Below, piece by piece: positions 52,680 to 62,881 of a stretch of DNA of 64,000 bases (its first letter is position 1; each line of letters begins with the position of its first letter). The notes beneath the pieces are model-generated. The model worked only from the letters and a program-made list of their open reading frames with translations, was not told the DNA's origin and made no database searches. The translations under genes were made by a program, and so were the position numbers. The stretch is from Takakia lepidozioides (Eukaryota; Plantae; Bryophyta): NCBI GenBank assembly GCA_030704615.1, contig CM060733.1:56606001-56670000 (forward strand). Direction: 5' to 3'.

Positions 52680-55390
52680 AGAGATGTGTGCCTCCGCATA
52701 CAATCACTTCTCTAAACTCTTCCAGGCAGATTCAAAGGATATTCTCCACCCCGATAAACTTAGAGATTGCCTCCAATGTATTCCCCAAACTCTTCAGCCT
52801 CAGAACACCTCCGAATTAGAAGATGACCTGACCTCGCAAGAGCTAGAGAGAGCGCTTAAAGCCCTGAACAACAACAAAGCGCCGGGGATAGATGGAATGA
52901 GAGTGGAATTTTACAAGGCATTGTGGTCAACCATCTCCACTAACTTCTGTGACATGGCCAATGCCATCAAAACAAGGGTTTCATGCCTATCTCTTTGACT
53001 CATGGGATTATTAAGGCTTTTGATAAAGTCGACTAGTCCTTCCTGCTGGCAGTCCTACAGAAAGCAGGCCTCCCTCCCTATTTTTGCAAATGGGTGCACA
53101 TTCTCTTGCAAAGAGCGCCCACACAGTCCACCATAACGGATACCTTTCAAAGCCTTTTCAGCTTCAAAGATCGGTCACACAGGGATGCCCGCTTGCGCCA
53201 TTCATCTTCTTGTTTGTTGGCTATATGCTTCAAAGCAATCCCCTGGTGAAAGGTTTAAAACTGCAGAACCCCAGAACTGGCCTTTGGGATGAGGTGAAAG
53301 ATTCAATGTTCGTGGACGATACCTTTTTGTTGCTTCAGGAAGACCACCCCTCTCTTGTTGTAGCTCAGAATACCCTAGCTCACTTCTGTGATATCTCAAG
53401 GTTCAAGGTCAACTGGACAAAATCTAAAGCCCTGCTTCTTGGAGACCTATCTAAATCCACCATAGGATCCTCCCCTACTTGGGGGCAACACCTTGGTCTA
53501 ACATGGCTTAGAGATGGTGAGACCACCACCTTGCTAGGGCATACTTTTGGAATCAACCTGAGAGAGGAGCAACGTATGGGCCCCACTATTCAAAAACTGA
53601 AACGTCAGCTTGCTTACTGGGGGTCTTGCCACCTCTCTATTACGGGTAGAGCGTTGGTGGCAAACCAAGTTCTACTTGCTAGGGTTTGGTACTTTGCCTC
53701 CACCTGGGGACCGGAGTCTAAAATTTTCAAAGAAATCAAGAGACTGATCCGTAACTTCATCGGGGGCTCCGCATCCCCTTCTCAGAACAGAAGACCTCAA
53801 GTATCCTGGGCCCAGATCTGCCTCCCTAAAAAGATTGGAGGGCTAGGAGTTTTAGACCCAAAGACTCAAGTTTAGGCGCTTCTTGGGAAATGGATACCCA
53901 GATATCTAGGGCCCGAAGGAGGCTGGTGGAAGCTCATGGTAGCAAACACTATCTACTCCTCCTCCCCAATGCAACGGGTCCTATGGCCAGAATCCAACAG
54001 ATTGATTGTCCAAGGATTCAATCACCAATCACCGGGCTCTCATCTTTGGTCCTCCATCTGGACAGTCCTGGAATTGCCTAAGATCTTTTTTGGTAAAAAA
54101 AGGAGCCATCTTCTTTCTATGAAACCTTGAGACAACACCTGTTCCTTAATGACCCTAGCCCATCCGTGGCTGACCGGGGTTCTGCAAAAAGATGGGCTGC
54201 ATAGGAAACTAGAGGCTTCTCCACAATTAAACACCTTTGGGACAGCTCCCCTCAATCCCTAAGAGAGGCTCTGGGTGCAAATCGTCTCCATTCGGGGATA
54301 CCCCTCATCATCCAATCAATCCCTGATACTTGGAAACTTATACTCAAGAAGTGTCACGGACCCCACAGACCACACCAATGGGTTCTTCTACAAAGTCCAT
54401 CTTTACAAGTCATCTATGTTTCTGAGGTCTCTCCATCTACGATCTCTGGATATAGATTTCATGCTCATGAGCTTTCTGGCAGCCTCTCCCTTACTACTCA
54501 CTTCCAAATCAGGAAGTCATCCATGCTCACATATGCCACTGGTCTTCCCCGGAAAAAAACTTCAATCCATCTGTCCCAGTGGGCATTCCCCTGCTTACCT
54601 GGCTCAGAAATGAATCATTCACTCTGGTCGGAAACTCAGGCCTTACATCTTTGCAATTAGACCCTGCCGAGTGGCAGTGGACAATCAATGGCGAGATTCA
54701 TCCTCTTTTCTCATACTCAGCTCGGCGGGGTTACAGAGCCTAACTTCAAGCCAGACCTCTCACCACAAAATGGTAGGGCAGGTTGGAGTCATGAGAATGT
54801 CAGCGAGGAAAATTGGAAGAGCATCTGGTCAGTAGTTTGGGAGAAGAAAAAATCTGCCAAGATAAGTGCATTTCTGTGGCAGTTAGTCAACAGAGTCCTC
54901 AAGGCGGGCCAATACATCAATTTAAACTTCAATGTTGCTACCCCATGCGGATGTTGTGCTGACCAAGCAGTAGAATCCCTGGAGCATTGTCACCGAAGGC
55001 CATCTGGCTCTTGGTCCAAGCATTCTATAGAAACTGGGAGCCCATCAACCTTAGTTCCTTGAAAATCCTCCTCAACTACAGTAAACAAGGAAAGCAAAAA
55101 CTCTGGACTGCCCGGTTTTTGAAGTGCTAAGATACTCAGTTCTCTGGAACATATCGCGCTGCAGCGGATGACCTGATATGCTTTCAGTTGATCTCCGATC
55201 TTTCAAACTCTGGGGATGCTGAAGAGCAGGCCTTTGTGTCCCTCCCAGTAGGGGGGGATGCTCTCTTTCCAAATACAGGTGAGATCATAAGTGCAGCGAC
55301 AAATGATTCCGAGGTGGGCCCAAGTTGTCTGGAAGACATAGGGTAGTGCAGGCTGGCGCTCAGGTTTCCTGGCAGCCTCTGCACACAAAG
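52680..55390 (+). mobile_element. 5'-truncated, degenerate L1/Tx1-type LINE (RT plus zf-RVT region)
   Basis: ELERALKALNNNKAPGIDG.RVEFYK; KAFDKVD; SVTQGCPLAPFIF; FVDDT; SITGRALVANQVL; LPKKIGGLGV; KISAFLWQL...CGCC....ESLEHC. Several stops and frameshifts. Confidence 0.9.
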
Positions 55391-55479
55391 AAGCCCTTTT
55401 TTTTTTAGCTGCTACTTTGAGATCAAAGAACACAAGAGTCAAAATAGCAGTTGCGGATGTATTTTCCTTGTTGTAGATC

Positions 55480-55714
55480 CATGCACATCGTCCTTACTAG
55501 AAACTGCCTTGCTTGACATGTATACCAATTGTGGGAACATTGAGGAGGCCCGTCAAGTGTTTGACAAGATAGCCCAACGTAGTGTGGTCTCATGGAATGC
55601 AATAATTTCAGGATATGCCTAGCATGGGTATGGTGTGGAGATCTACGAGCAAATATACAGGAAAGGATGACACCCAATCAAGTTATATTTGTTTGTGTTC
55701 TGAAGGCTTGCGCC
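55480..55714 (+). pseudogene. PLS-type pentatricopeptide repeat (PPR) gene fragment, cut by an LTR insertion
   Basis: ETALLDMYTNCGNIEEARQVFDKIAQRSVVSWNAIISGYA*HG...(frameshift)...MTPNQVIFVCVLKACA, ending abruptly at TGTCAC. Confidence 0.85.
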
Positions 55715-56294
55715 TGTCACGGACATAGCCCAGAAGAACTTACCAGGAGTAAATACCAGAAGTTATCAAGTTACAAGTTACCATGATTTACCAAGTTACC
55801 GGGAGTTTACCAAATTACCAAGAGTAACTTGGAAAACTACTCAGGAAGCTTCATTTGAAGAAAACTTCTCCATCAAGATATCTATTTTGTTTAATGAAGC
55901 TTCTCCATCAAGAAACCTTTGTTTAATCTTGGAAACTTCTCCAGCAAGAAACCTCCATAGGGGAAGCTTCTTGGGGAAGCTTCTTAGTAGCCAATATATA
56001 CAGGAGGCGAGACTGGACACTCTTCAGTCTCGCCAACACCAGTTCAAGCTACTTTTGTTTCCAGTTCCTAGTACTCCAGTCCAGTTCCCAGTACTCTAGC
56101 CCAGTTTCCAGTATCTGGCACTCTAATCCAGTTTCCAGCATTCCAGTATTCAAGTCGTGTTCCAATATCTTGTACTCTTGTACATTGTTATAAACATCGT
56201 CTTGATTCCTATTTACTCATCGTGCATTCGGCCACGCCGACCTTGACTTCTTGTCTAACATTGTATGTGTTCAGGCATGTTCTCGTCCTTGACA
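55715..56294 (+). mobile_element. 5' LTR of a Tf1/Tcn1-like (self-priming) Ty3/Gypsy element
   Basis: TGTCA...TGACA termini, TATA-like ATATATA at ~55994, and internal AGTTACC and TCCAGT short repeats. The PBS position TTGGCGAGACT (56297-56307) is complementary to LTR 56026-56036. Confidence 0.85.
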
Positions 56295-56332
56295 GTTTGG
56301 CGAGACTAAAGTTTGTTCTTTAGTTAGTTAAG

Positions 56333-56492
56333 ATGGAAGGCACATTTGCGGAAATGGTCACCACATTACAGAGTCTTCAGCTCCAGATGCAAGAACTTCG
56401 TACATCTACCGCCCAATTGCAAGCTGATCAGTCTCTAGATCTTGGCAACGCTCTCCACAATTTGCAACAACAAATTTCAAAGTTAAAGGAGT
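56333..56492 (+). pseudogene. N-terminus of gag of the self-priming LTR element, interrupted by the nested insertion
   Basis: ATG 39 bp after the LTR opens the coiled-coil-like MEGTFAEMVTTLQSLQLQMQELRTSTAQLQADQSLDLGNALHNLQQQISKLKE, which is broken at 56493 by another LTR end. Confidence 0.65.
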
Positions 56493-57009
56493 TGTCGTGC
56501 GCATACATATCGCTACACAACTACATCGCTGTCCAAACCACACCACACATATATGCACAATAAAGTAGTCTGCCACAATGATAAACAAGCATAGAGACAC
56601 TGTTGACACAAAACATATGAAATCCATCGCTATCACTCTTTAAATAGAAGTCGAGCCAGGGCACCCCAAGCTATGGGGACTCCACCCCACAACAACCTAC
56701 ACTCCCATCATGACACTCAGATCTAAACGCATGCAGGAGCTCGGTCGCGCAGGCTCAACTCGAGAAAGATGAGCCGCGCGACTGCCGCTCTCGTGAAGAT
56801 AAGACGGACCAGGTGTCAAACTAAACTTGACACCTGATTTAACACTTGACCTAAATCCAAGTGTTAAATACAAATAACTAGTTTTATTCTAGCTGTTTTC
56901 ACACTGTGCTTATTTAACTTGACAGCTGTCGTGCGCATACATATCGCTACACATACATCACTGTCCAAACCACACCACACATATATGCACAATAAAGTAG
57001 TCTGCCACA
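56493..57009 (-). repeat. 3' LTR (517 bp) of the DNMT-bearing element, with an ~83-85 bp direct repeat at both of its own ends
   Basis: 56493-56577 and 56927-57009 are near-identical (TGTCGTGCGCATAC...GTAGTCTGCCACA). TATTTAAA lies on the minus strand at ~56639-56646. TG...CA ends. Confidence 0.8.
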
Positions 57010-57269
57010 ATCGCCCCCCTAGCTGGTGGATAGGTCCCTCTACCTCCAGATAGCTACAAGATGTAATAGCCACAACCGTACTAAGTCCTCTATCACTGTC
57101 CCTATTGTACTCAAACTCTATAGACCAAGAGGCCGGGTACAAGAGTAGCCCCATCGTTAGTCGCCATCTTGCAATCTGTGAACTTGAGCCAGGACCTCGT
57201 GTGTTCAAGGTCTCCTAGTAGCTGGGCCTTGCGTTTCTTGTTAGTCTTCCATGGTTGTATCCACTCCCA

Positions 57270-57411
57270 CTATCCAATGCAATGTGGACATAACCAATCC
57301 CCATCCGGAACCATCTCAAGAGGGGTGTCAAGCATCCATATGCCAACCTCTAGAGCATCGATCGCACACCAGCATGGTGGCTGCCCCTTTAGCAGACCCA
57401 CACAACATGCA
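57270..57411 (-). CDS. PHD finger at the integrase C-terminus (one frameshift)
   Basis: CMLCGSAKGAATMLVCDRCSRGWHM-(fs)-CLTP.LEMVPDGDWLCPHCIG* is a C4HC3 PHD pattern with the conserved W before the last Cys pair. Confidence 0.88.
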
Positions 57412-58683
57412 CCTCAAACCTGCAGATACCACCACCAGGTTTGGGTCAATCCTGCCATCAACATTCGGAAGGTGACATGGCGCACAATTACGCACATGGT
57501 CCTTCCAAGTTATGCCATCCCGACCCTCCAAGACCAAGACGCCTGAGGGCAAGACCTCTCGAACCCTCAAAATAACACGTCCTGCAGTCACATCCAGGGT
57601 CGTAGGAGCAGTCTGCTGCAGATAGACATAGTCACCAGGTTGAATCTCCGAACCCCAGGACGATAGCCCCCACCACGTATGTAGCATGCAACGTATCACG
57701 GTGTTGTGCAATGGCAAGGTTCTCGAAAGCCATGGGCATGACTCTCTTGAACAACTCTGCACGCTGCTCACATGCACGTGCCCACACGTCCGGATCGTCA
57801 AGGTTAAGAACTGTAGCAGCTTCTCTGCGAATGGATGTAGGCAAATCCGGCTCTCGGCCAAAGAGAAGAAAGTATGGTGAGAAGGAGGCAAGTGATGCTT
57901 GCTTGCTGAACCTGTAGCCCATGGCTAACCAGGGTAACTGAAGGTCCCAATCTCCTAGGTGTCCCTTCTGCAAGCCATACTTGCGCAAACCCCTCTTTAC
58001 TGTCTGAACAACTCTCTGCCAAGCCATCGGCTTCAGGATGATCCCGAGAAGTGGTGCGGTGGTCTATCAAGGCCTTGTCACACAAAGCCTGAAACTCCCC
58101 CAAGAACTCTCTCCCTTGGTCCGTGAGTACCTCAGCTGGAGCACCGAATCGGCTAAGCACACAATCCAGGAATGCATACGCAGCTCCCTCACTAGCCTTA
58201 TCAGGCAATGGAACCAATTCAATCCACTTGGAGAAGTGCTCCACCATCACCAACACGTACTTGTTGTGGCGCATGGTCAGTGGCAACGGCCCTGCGAAGT
58301 CAAGACTCCACCTGTAGCCCAATCCCATGATCGGAAGAGGGTGCAATTGTGGAGTAGGGGCGTTGAATGAAGCACGCACCCTGTCACACACCATGCACCT
58401 AGCCACAAATTGTTGCACCTGTGTGCATACCACGCCACCAATACTGCCCCTGCAGTAGACTATGAGTGCGTCGCACCCCAAAATGCCCCAACTCCTCATG
58501 GGCATGCCGCACTAACCGTGCCCGCTGTGTTGGGTGAGGCACAATCCTCACTCGACCATCCTCCCACACTCGGAGCAGGTGTGTCCCCTCCCACCTGAAC
58601 CTCTTGGCTCGTTGTAGGATCCGATCCCTCTCCTTGGCAGTCATAGTGGCTGCCGTGTCTCCACTGCGGAGGTAGTCCAACAC
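57412..58683 (-). CDS. Retroviral-type integrase (HHCC, DDE core, C-terminal SH3-like region), frameshifted
   Basis: HAHEELGHFG...CMVC; WSLDFAGPLP; VLTDQGREF; DGLAE/RVVQTVK; FSPYFLLFGREP; GDYVYL. Confidence 0.93.
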
Positions 58684-58899
58684 AACTGAATCCTCATGTA
58701 TATCTTTGGCGCCACCCTGCTCATTGCTGGCCTCAGGGTCTCAGACACTTGATCTACAGTCATCCCTGTTGTAGGTCCAACCTGGCCTCCGCTGCCAAGA
58801 TACACAGAAATGCAGATGCATGCCATCCGGGCACCATCTCCTCGTCCGTCTCACCATGCCACCGAGCTCCAGTGTCATCCTGCTGGCTCGTGCATGGAT

Positions 58900-60247
58900 T
58901 GCGACTCAACCCATCTGCATTTCGATTGACCAAACCCGGTCGATGCACCACCTGAAAGTCATACTCTTGAAGGATGAGTGCCCACCGTGCAAGCTTCCCC
59001 GTAAGCTTGTCTGACTCCATCAACCACTTGAGTGGTTGGTGATCCGTGACAAGGGTGAAGAGATTGCCGTATAATAGCACCTGAAGTGTGCCACGGCCCA
59101 CACTGCAGCTAAGCATTCTCCCTCATATGAGCTATACTTAGACTCTGCAGCATTGTTCGAGCGGCGCTAGCATAAGCCACTACGAACTCTCTTCCCTCAT
59201 CATCCACCTGTGTGAGCACCGCTCCAAGCCCCAGCATGCTCCAATCTGTATGCAGCTGAAAAGGACGCCCCCTGATAGGTCGTCTCAAGATGGGCGCCGA
59301 GGTCAACCTCGCCTTGAGCTCTTGAAAAGCTTGTTCTTGCTCATCTTCCCACTGCCACTCCTGGTCCACCTTGGTCAGCTTGGTTAGAGCCTTTGCAATG
59401 GCACTAAATCCCTTAACAAACCGTCTGTAATAGTTTGCTAACCCCATGAAAGCTCGAACTCGGCTCACATCCGTGGGGCGTGGAACCTGTGCAATGGACT
59501 CTACCTTAGTCTGCTGTACCCCCAATCCTCCAGGATATATCATGTGACCCAGATACTCAATCTGGTTGTGGAAAAACTTGCACATCCAGGTGTCGCTCAT
59601 GCTCTCATCCCCGTAGCACTAAAGATGATGATGTCATCTATGTAGCACCGAGCAAACTCTCTGCTAGAATCCTGTCCATGACTCTTTGAAACTCAGCGGA
59701 GCGTTTTTAAGCCCAAATGGTAAGAACCGCCACTGGTATAGGCAATCCTTCCCGTGCTCATTGATCCCCCAGAATGCCGTCTTTTGCTTATCCGCCTCCT
59801 TGATCGGCAACTGGTGATATCCGGATCGTAAATCCAACGTGCTAAAGACCTTGGAATGCCCAATGGCATCAAAGATCTCCTCTGGTGTTGGCATGGCATA
59901 CCTATCGGACTTGGTCTGACGATTTACAGGCCGGTAATCACCGCACATACGTCTCTCCGTCCAATTGCCATAGACATCCTTCTTAGCTGGCATCACTGTG
60001 GCTGAAGCATACTCTCACCAGAGAGCTCCACCAAACCTGCCCAGAGATCTTGAGTCCTCATCTGAATCAAAGACCTCTCCATGTCACTGTATCTATAGGG
60101 TCTCCGAAAGATTGGCGTGTCAGTGGCCAACTCAATACGGATCTCTTGACCCTTCAGTGCTCCCAAGTCCTTCAAACTGAAGGCAAAGCAATTCCTATAA
60201 GCCCTCAGGAACCGCCGTATACGTCGTCTCTCTCCCTCCGGTGACAA
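58900..60247 (-). CDS. Reverse transcriptase and RNase H, frameshifted
   Basis: RT: RRMCGDYRPVN, FSTLDLRSGYHQL, PFGLKNAP, YIDDIIIFS (~59620-59645), IEYLGH, FMGLANYYRRFV. RNase H: FQLHTDWSMLGLGAVLTQ, TDHQPLKWL, NADGLSR. Confidence 0.95.
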
Positions 60248-60591
60248 TGGTCCAATGTCAGGCTCCCAATTGTCCTCCGTAACTGCAACCTTAAGTCCAG
60301 TGGGCTTAGAGGTAGAGGACGCGTCCCGTGGTTGCTATGCTGCAACCTCTTGAGCAGTACCCCCTTCCTGCTCAGTCAATGACAAGGCCTCATCCTGCCC
60401 CATCATCTCATCATTGAGAACCTCCTCATCCCGAGAAGAATCCCCAACCTCATCCATCACAGCTGCCTTCGCTGCCAACTCCCTCTGAACCTCGAGCACC
60501 TCCCACATGTGCCATGGATGTCTACACCTCGTGGTCCTCACCGGCTCGCCCCCACTCGCTGCCTGTACCGTCTCGGTAGGCAGAGAGACCG

Positions 60592-61860
60592 TCAAGGGAA
60601 GTGCACTCCGCACTCTACGTTGCTCAGCCATAGCAAGCTGACAATCCAGGTCAAGCAATTGAGATCCATTGCTTGCCCCAACACCTGACGACGTGATGCC
60701 TCAGAAAGAGAAGGCACCGCCGTGGTCCCAGTGGAAAACCCCATAGCCCGCTCTCGCTCGTCGGCATTAGGCTCCACTAACTGCTGCAACTGAGCATCCC
60801 ACAGGAGGCCAGGTCCACCATCCCGAAAAGCATGGGATCCTGGGAAGCTGAGCAGTGTAGGTAATGCTGCTCGTGGTTGACCCACCCTGTTGACCACTGC
60901 CAAAGGCAAACGGTCATCGTGTCTCACACGTTGAGACTGCCTTCCTGTGTCCAAAATGCCATCCACGGTGAGGTGTGCTGGCCGCTGCACCCCATCAAAT
61001 GCACGCTTGAGCAGTGCGGGTGGCATCAAGTTAGTCCGTGGACGATGAGCCCGTGACCCCACTGCAGCTGCATCCAGCAACACTGCTGACCCAAGCCACG
61101 ACCGGACTTGATGCACACTGGCCATCACCCTGGCCCGAGAATCACCCATCAGTGGTACATTCTCCAAGATGTATGCTGGAGATACAGCTTGATGAAGCTG
61201 CAAGCAGCGCAAAATCCGCACCATCTCCCAAAACAGACCCGTCCTCGAGTCTCGCAATCCATTGCCATGCCCGGCTGATGAATGCCCTTGGCAGGGCCAA
61301 CCTGCCACTATCAGATCAATGAGCCAACCTGCTCCAAAATCTTGCGCCCCCAACAAGGAAATGTCTGCTGGCAAGGCTTGTTGGTATCCACGAACTGCAG
61401 ACACAGGCAACAAGTCAGGGTACTGCTGTACCAACTGAGCCACATGGCGCAGTGAGACGCGTCGTGCAGTCTCATCCCTCTCCACATACAGGTAACGCCT
61501 TACCCGCACACCTGCCTGTAGCACAGCAGCCAATCCGGTGCTGATCCCGCCAAACAAGTCCAGAAGGCAAATGCCTTCATCCGGCCGCTGCCACACAAGA
61601 GGTGTGGTGTCCAATGGCGACAACTGAGGTGGCCCTGGTGCAATCACCGCACTCTCCTCCTCTCCTGACGGTACAAAAGCTTCTTCCCAAGCTTGTTGCA
61701 CCCGTCCATCAGCAGCTTGCTGCAAATCCTTGCTCGTACCCCACAACGGAGTGTGAGCAACCATGGCAGGCAACTCCGCCGTACCATGCATGTCATCCTG
61801 CTCTGCTGGAGGTGGCACATCCTCTGCATGGGCATTGCTTCCAGCAACTCTCCAGGCCAA
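60592..61860 (-). CDS. C5-cytosine DNA methyltransferase domain embedded in pol (DNMT3/DRM-like motif style)
   Basis: Motifs in canonical order: I LLDLFGGISTG, II YVERD, IV IDLIVAGWPCQGHS (catalytic PC), VI YILENV, VIII AHRPR-TNL, IX ERERAMGF, X LGQAMD. Confidence 0.93.
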   Translation of the reverse strand: MAWRVAGSNAHAEDVPPPAEQDDMHGTAELPAMVAHTPLWGTSKDLQQAADGRVQQAWEEAFVPSGEEESAVIAPGPPQLSPLDTTPLVWQRPDEGICLLDLFGGISTGLAAVLQAGVRVRRYLYVERDETARRVSLRHVAQLVQQYPDLLPVSAVRGYQQALPADISLLGAQDFGAGWLIDLIVAGWPCQGHSSAGHGNGLRDSRTGLFWEMVRILRCLQLHQAVSPAYILENVPLMGDSRARVMASVHQVRSWLGSAVLLDAAAVGSRAHRPRTNLMPPALLKRAFDGVQRPAHLTVDGILDTGRQSQRVRHDDRLPLAVVNRVGQPRAALPTLLSFPGSHAFRDGGPGLLWDAQLQQLVEPNADERERAMGFSTGTTAVPSLSEASRRQVLGQAMDLNCLTWIVSLLWLSNVECGVHFP

Positions 61861-61912
61861 CTAACGGCAGCTGTGAAGGCGGCTAGTGTTGGCATCTTGC
61901 CCCGCTGGGCAG

Positions 61913-62329
61913 CTAATACCCCCAATGAATGTCACAGGAGCTGTGCACGGCGACCATCCCCTGACTGCCATCCAGGCCTGTAGGATGCTGACTCCTCCCA
62001 GAAATCCAGGTGAAGCCCATGGGGTATAACACTGCCCCACCAACGAGGACATCGTAAGAGACCGCGTCTGTCACAATGGCCTTGGCTCGCATCACTGAGC
62101 CATCTACAGGATGATCCGGCTGCAGTCTAATAGCCAACTGATGCCGTGTCATGCCGCGAGCCTGCTCTGATCCTCCCAGAGATGTCTGTATCTGGAAAGG
62201 ACAAGGCTCCATATCCGCCTCCATGAGGCCCAAACCTGCAATAGCAGCTCTGCCCAACATCAGTGGCTGAGCTCCTGAGTCCAACAAGACCCGCAGTGGC
62301 CGGTACTTCTTGCCTGCCGGTCCACTCAA
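61913..62329 (-). CDS. Retropepsin-type aspartic protease
   Basis: RVLLDSGAQPLMLG (DSG active site) and YDVLVG downstream. Confidence 0.85.
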   Translation of the reverse strand: MSGPAGKKYRPLRVLLDSGAQPLMLGRAAIAGLGLMEADMEPCPFQIQTSLGGSEQARGMTRHQLAIRLQPDHPVDGSVMRAKAIVTDAVSYDVLVGGAVLYPMGFTWISGRSQHPTGLDGSQGMVAVHSSCDIHWGY

Positions 62330-62881
62330 AGTGAAAATGCCTCCTGGTTGTCTAACAAGACAACTCCAGGTGTCACCATGGCGCGCTCAATGCTGGCCTA
62401 GCTGGCAGCTCCGTCAACCTGGCAGCTGCAACTTGCCATGGCGCAGCCGTGGCAGTCTTGACCCTCAAATCCGAGGATCCCTCTGCCACTACACCTTCAC
62501 TAACTCCGCAGAAGATGAAGTGACCTCCCCACTCTCACAGAGTGTTGCTGCTAGTCTGAACACTGCAGCTGGTCTCAGGCGTCGCAATCATTGTTGCCGA
62601 GAACAGTGGGCCTGACACAGAGGTGGCTGCCCCCAATAACACACCGGCCGCACTAGCCTTGGCAGCAGGAGTCAATGCTGCACGTGTAGCTCTCCCCAAT
62701 GGCATAGTAACCTCCGCCTCGGTAACAGTCGGGCGAGAACTAGGTGCCATGGATGGCGTCGACACAGTCTCCGCCAATGTGAATGACTGAGGAAGCCTTG
62801 CCTGACGGCTTGCCTCCCCACGCTGTGGATCCAATTCCACCTCTGCACCTCGTGGCTCAGGAACTCGTGCTGCTCCTCGAG

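Noticed and set aside
55730-56170. Short repeated units (AGTTACC, TCCAGT) resembling an array
   Set aside because: Irregular low-complexity repeats inside an LTR; no constant repeat-spacer structure, so not CRISPR.
60592-61860. Interpreting the methyltransferase as a bacterial restriction-modification gene or contamination
   Set aside because: It is collinear within a Ty3/Gypsy pol, has no partner endonuclease, and the flanks are plant nuclear sequence.
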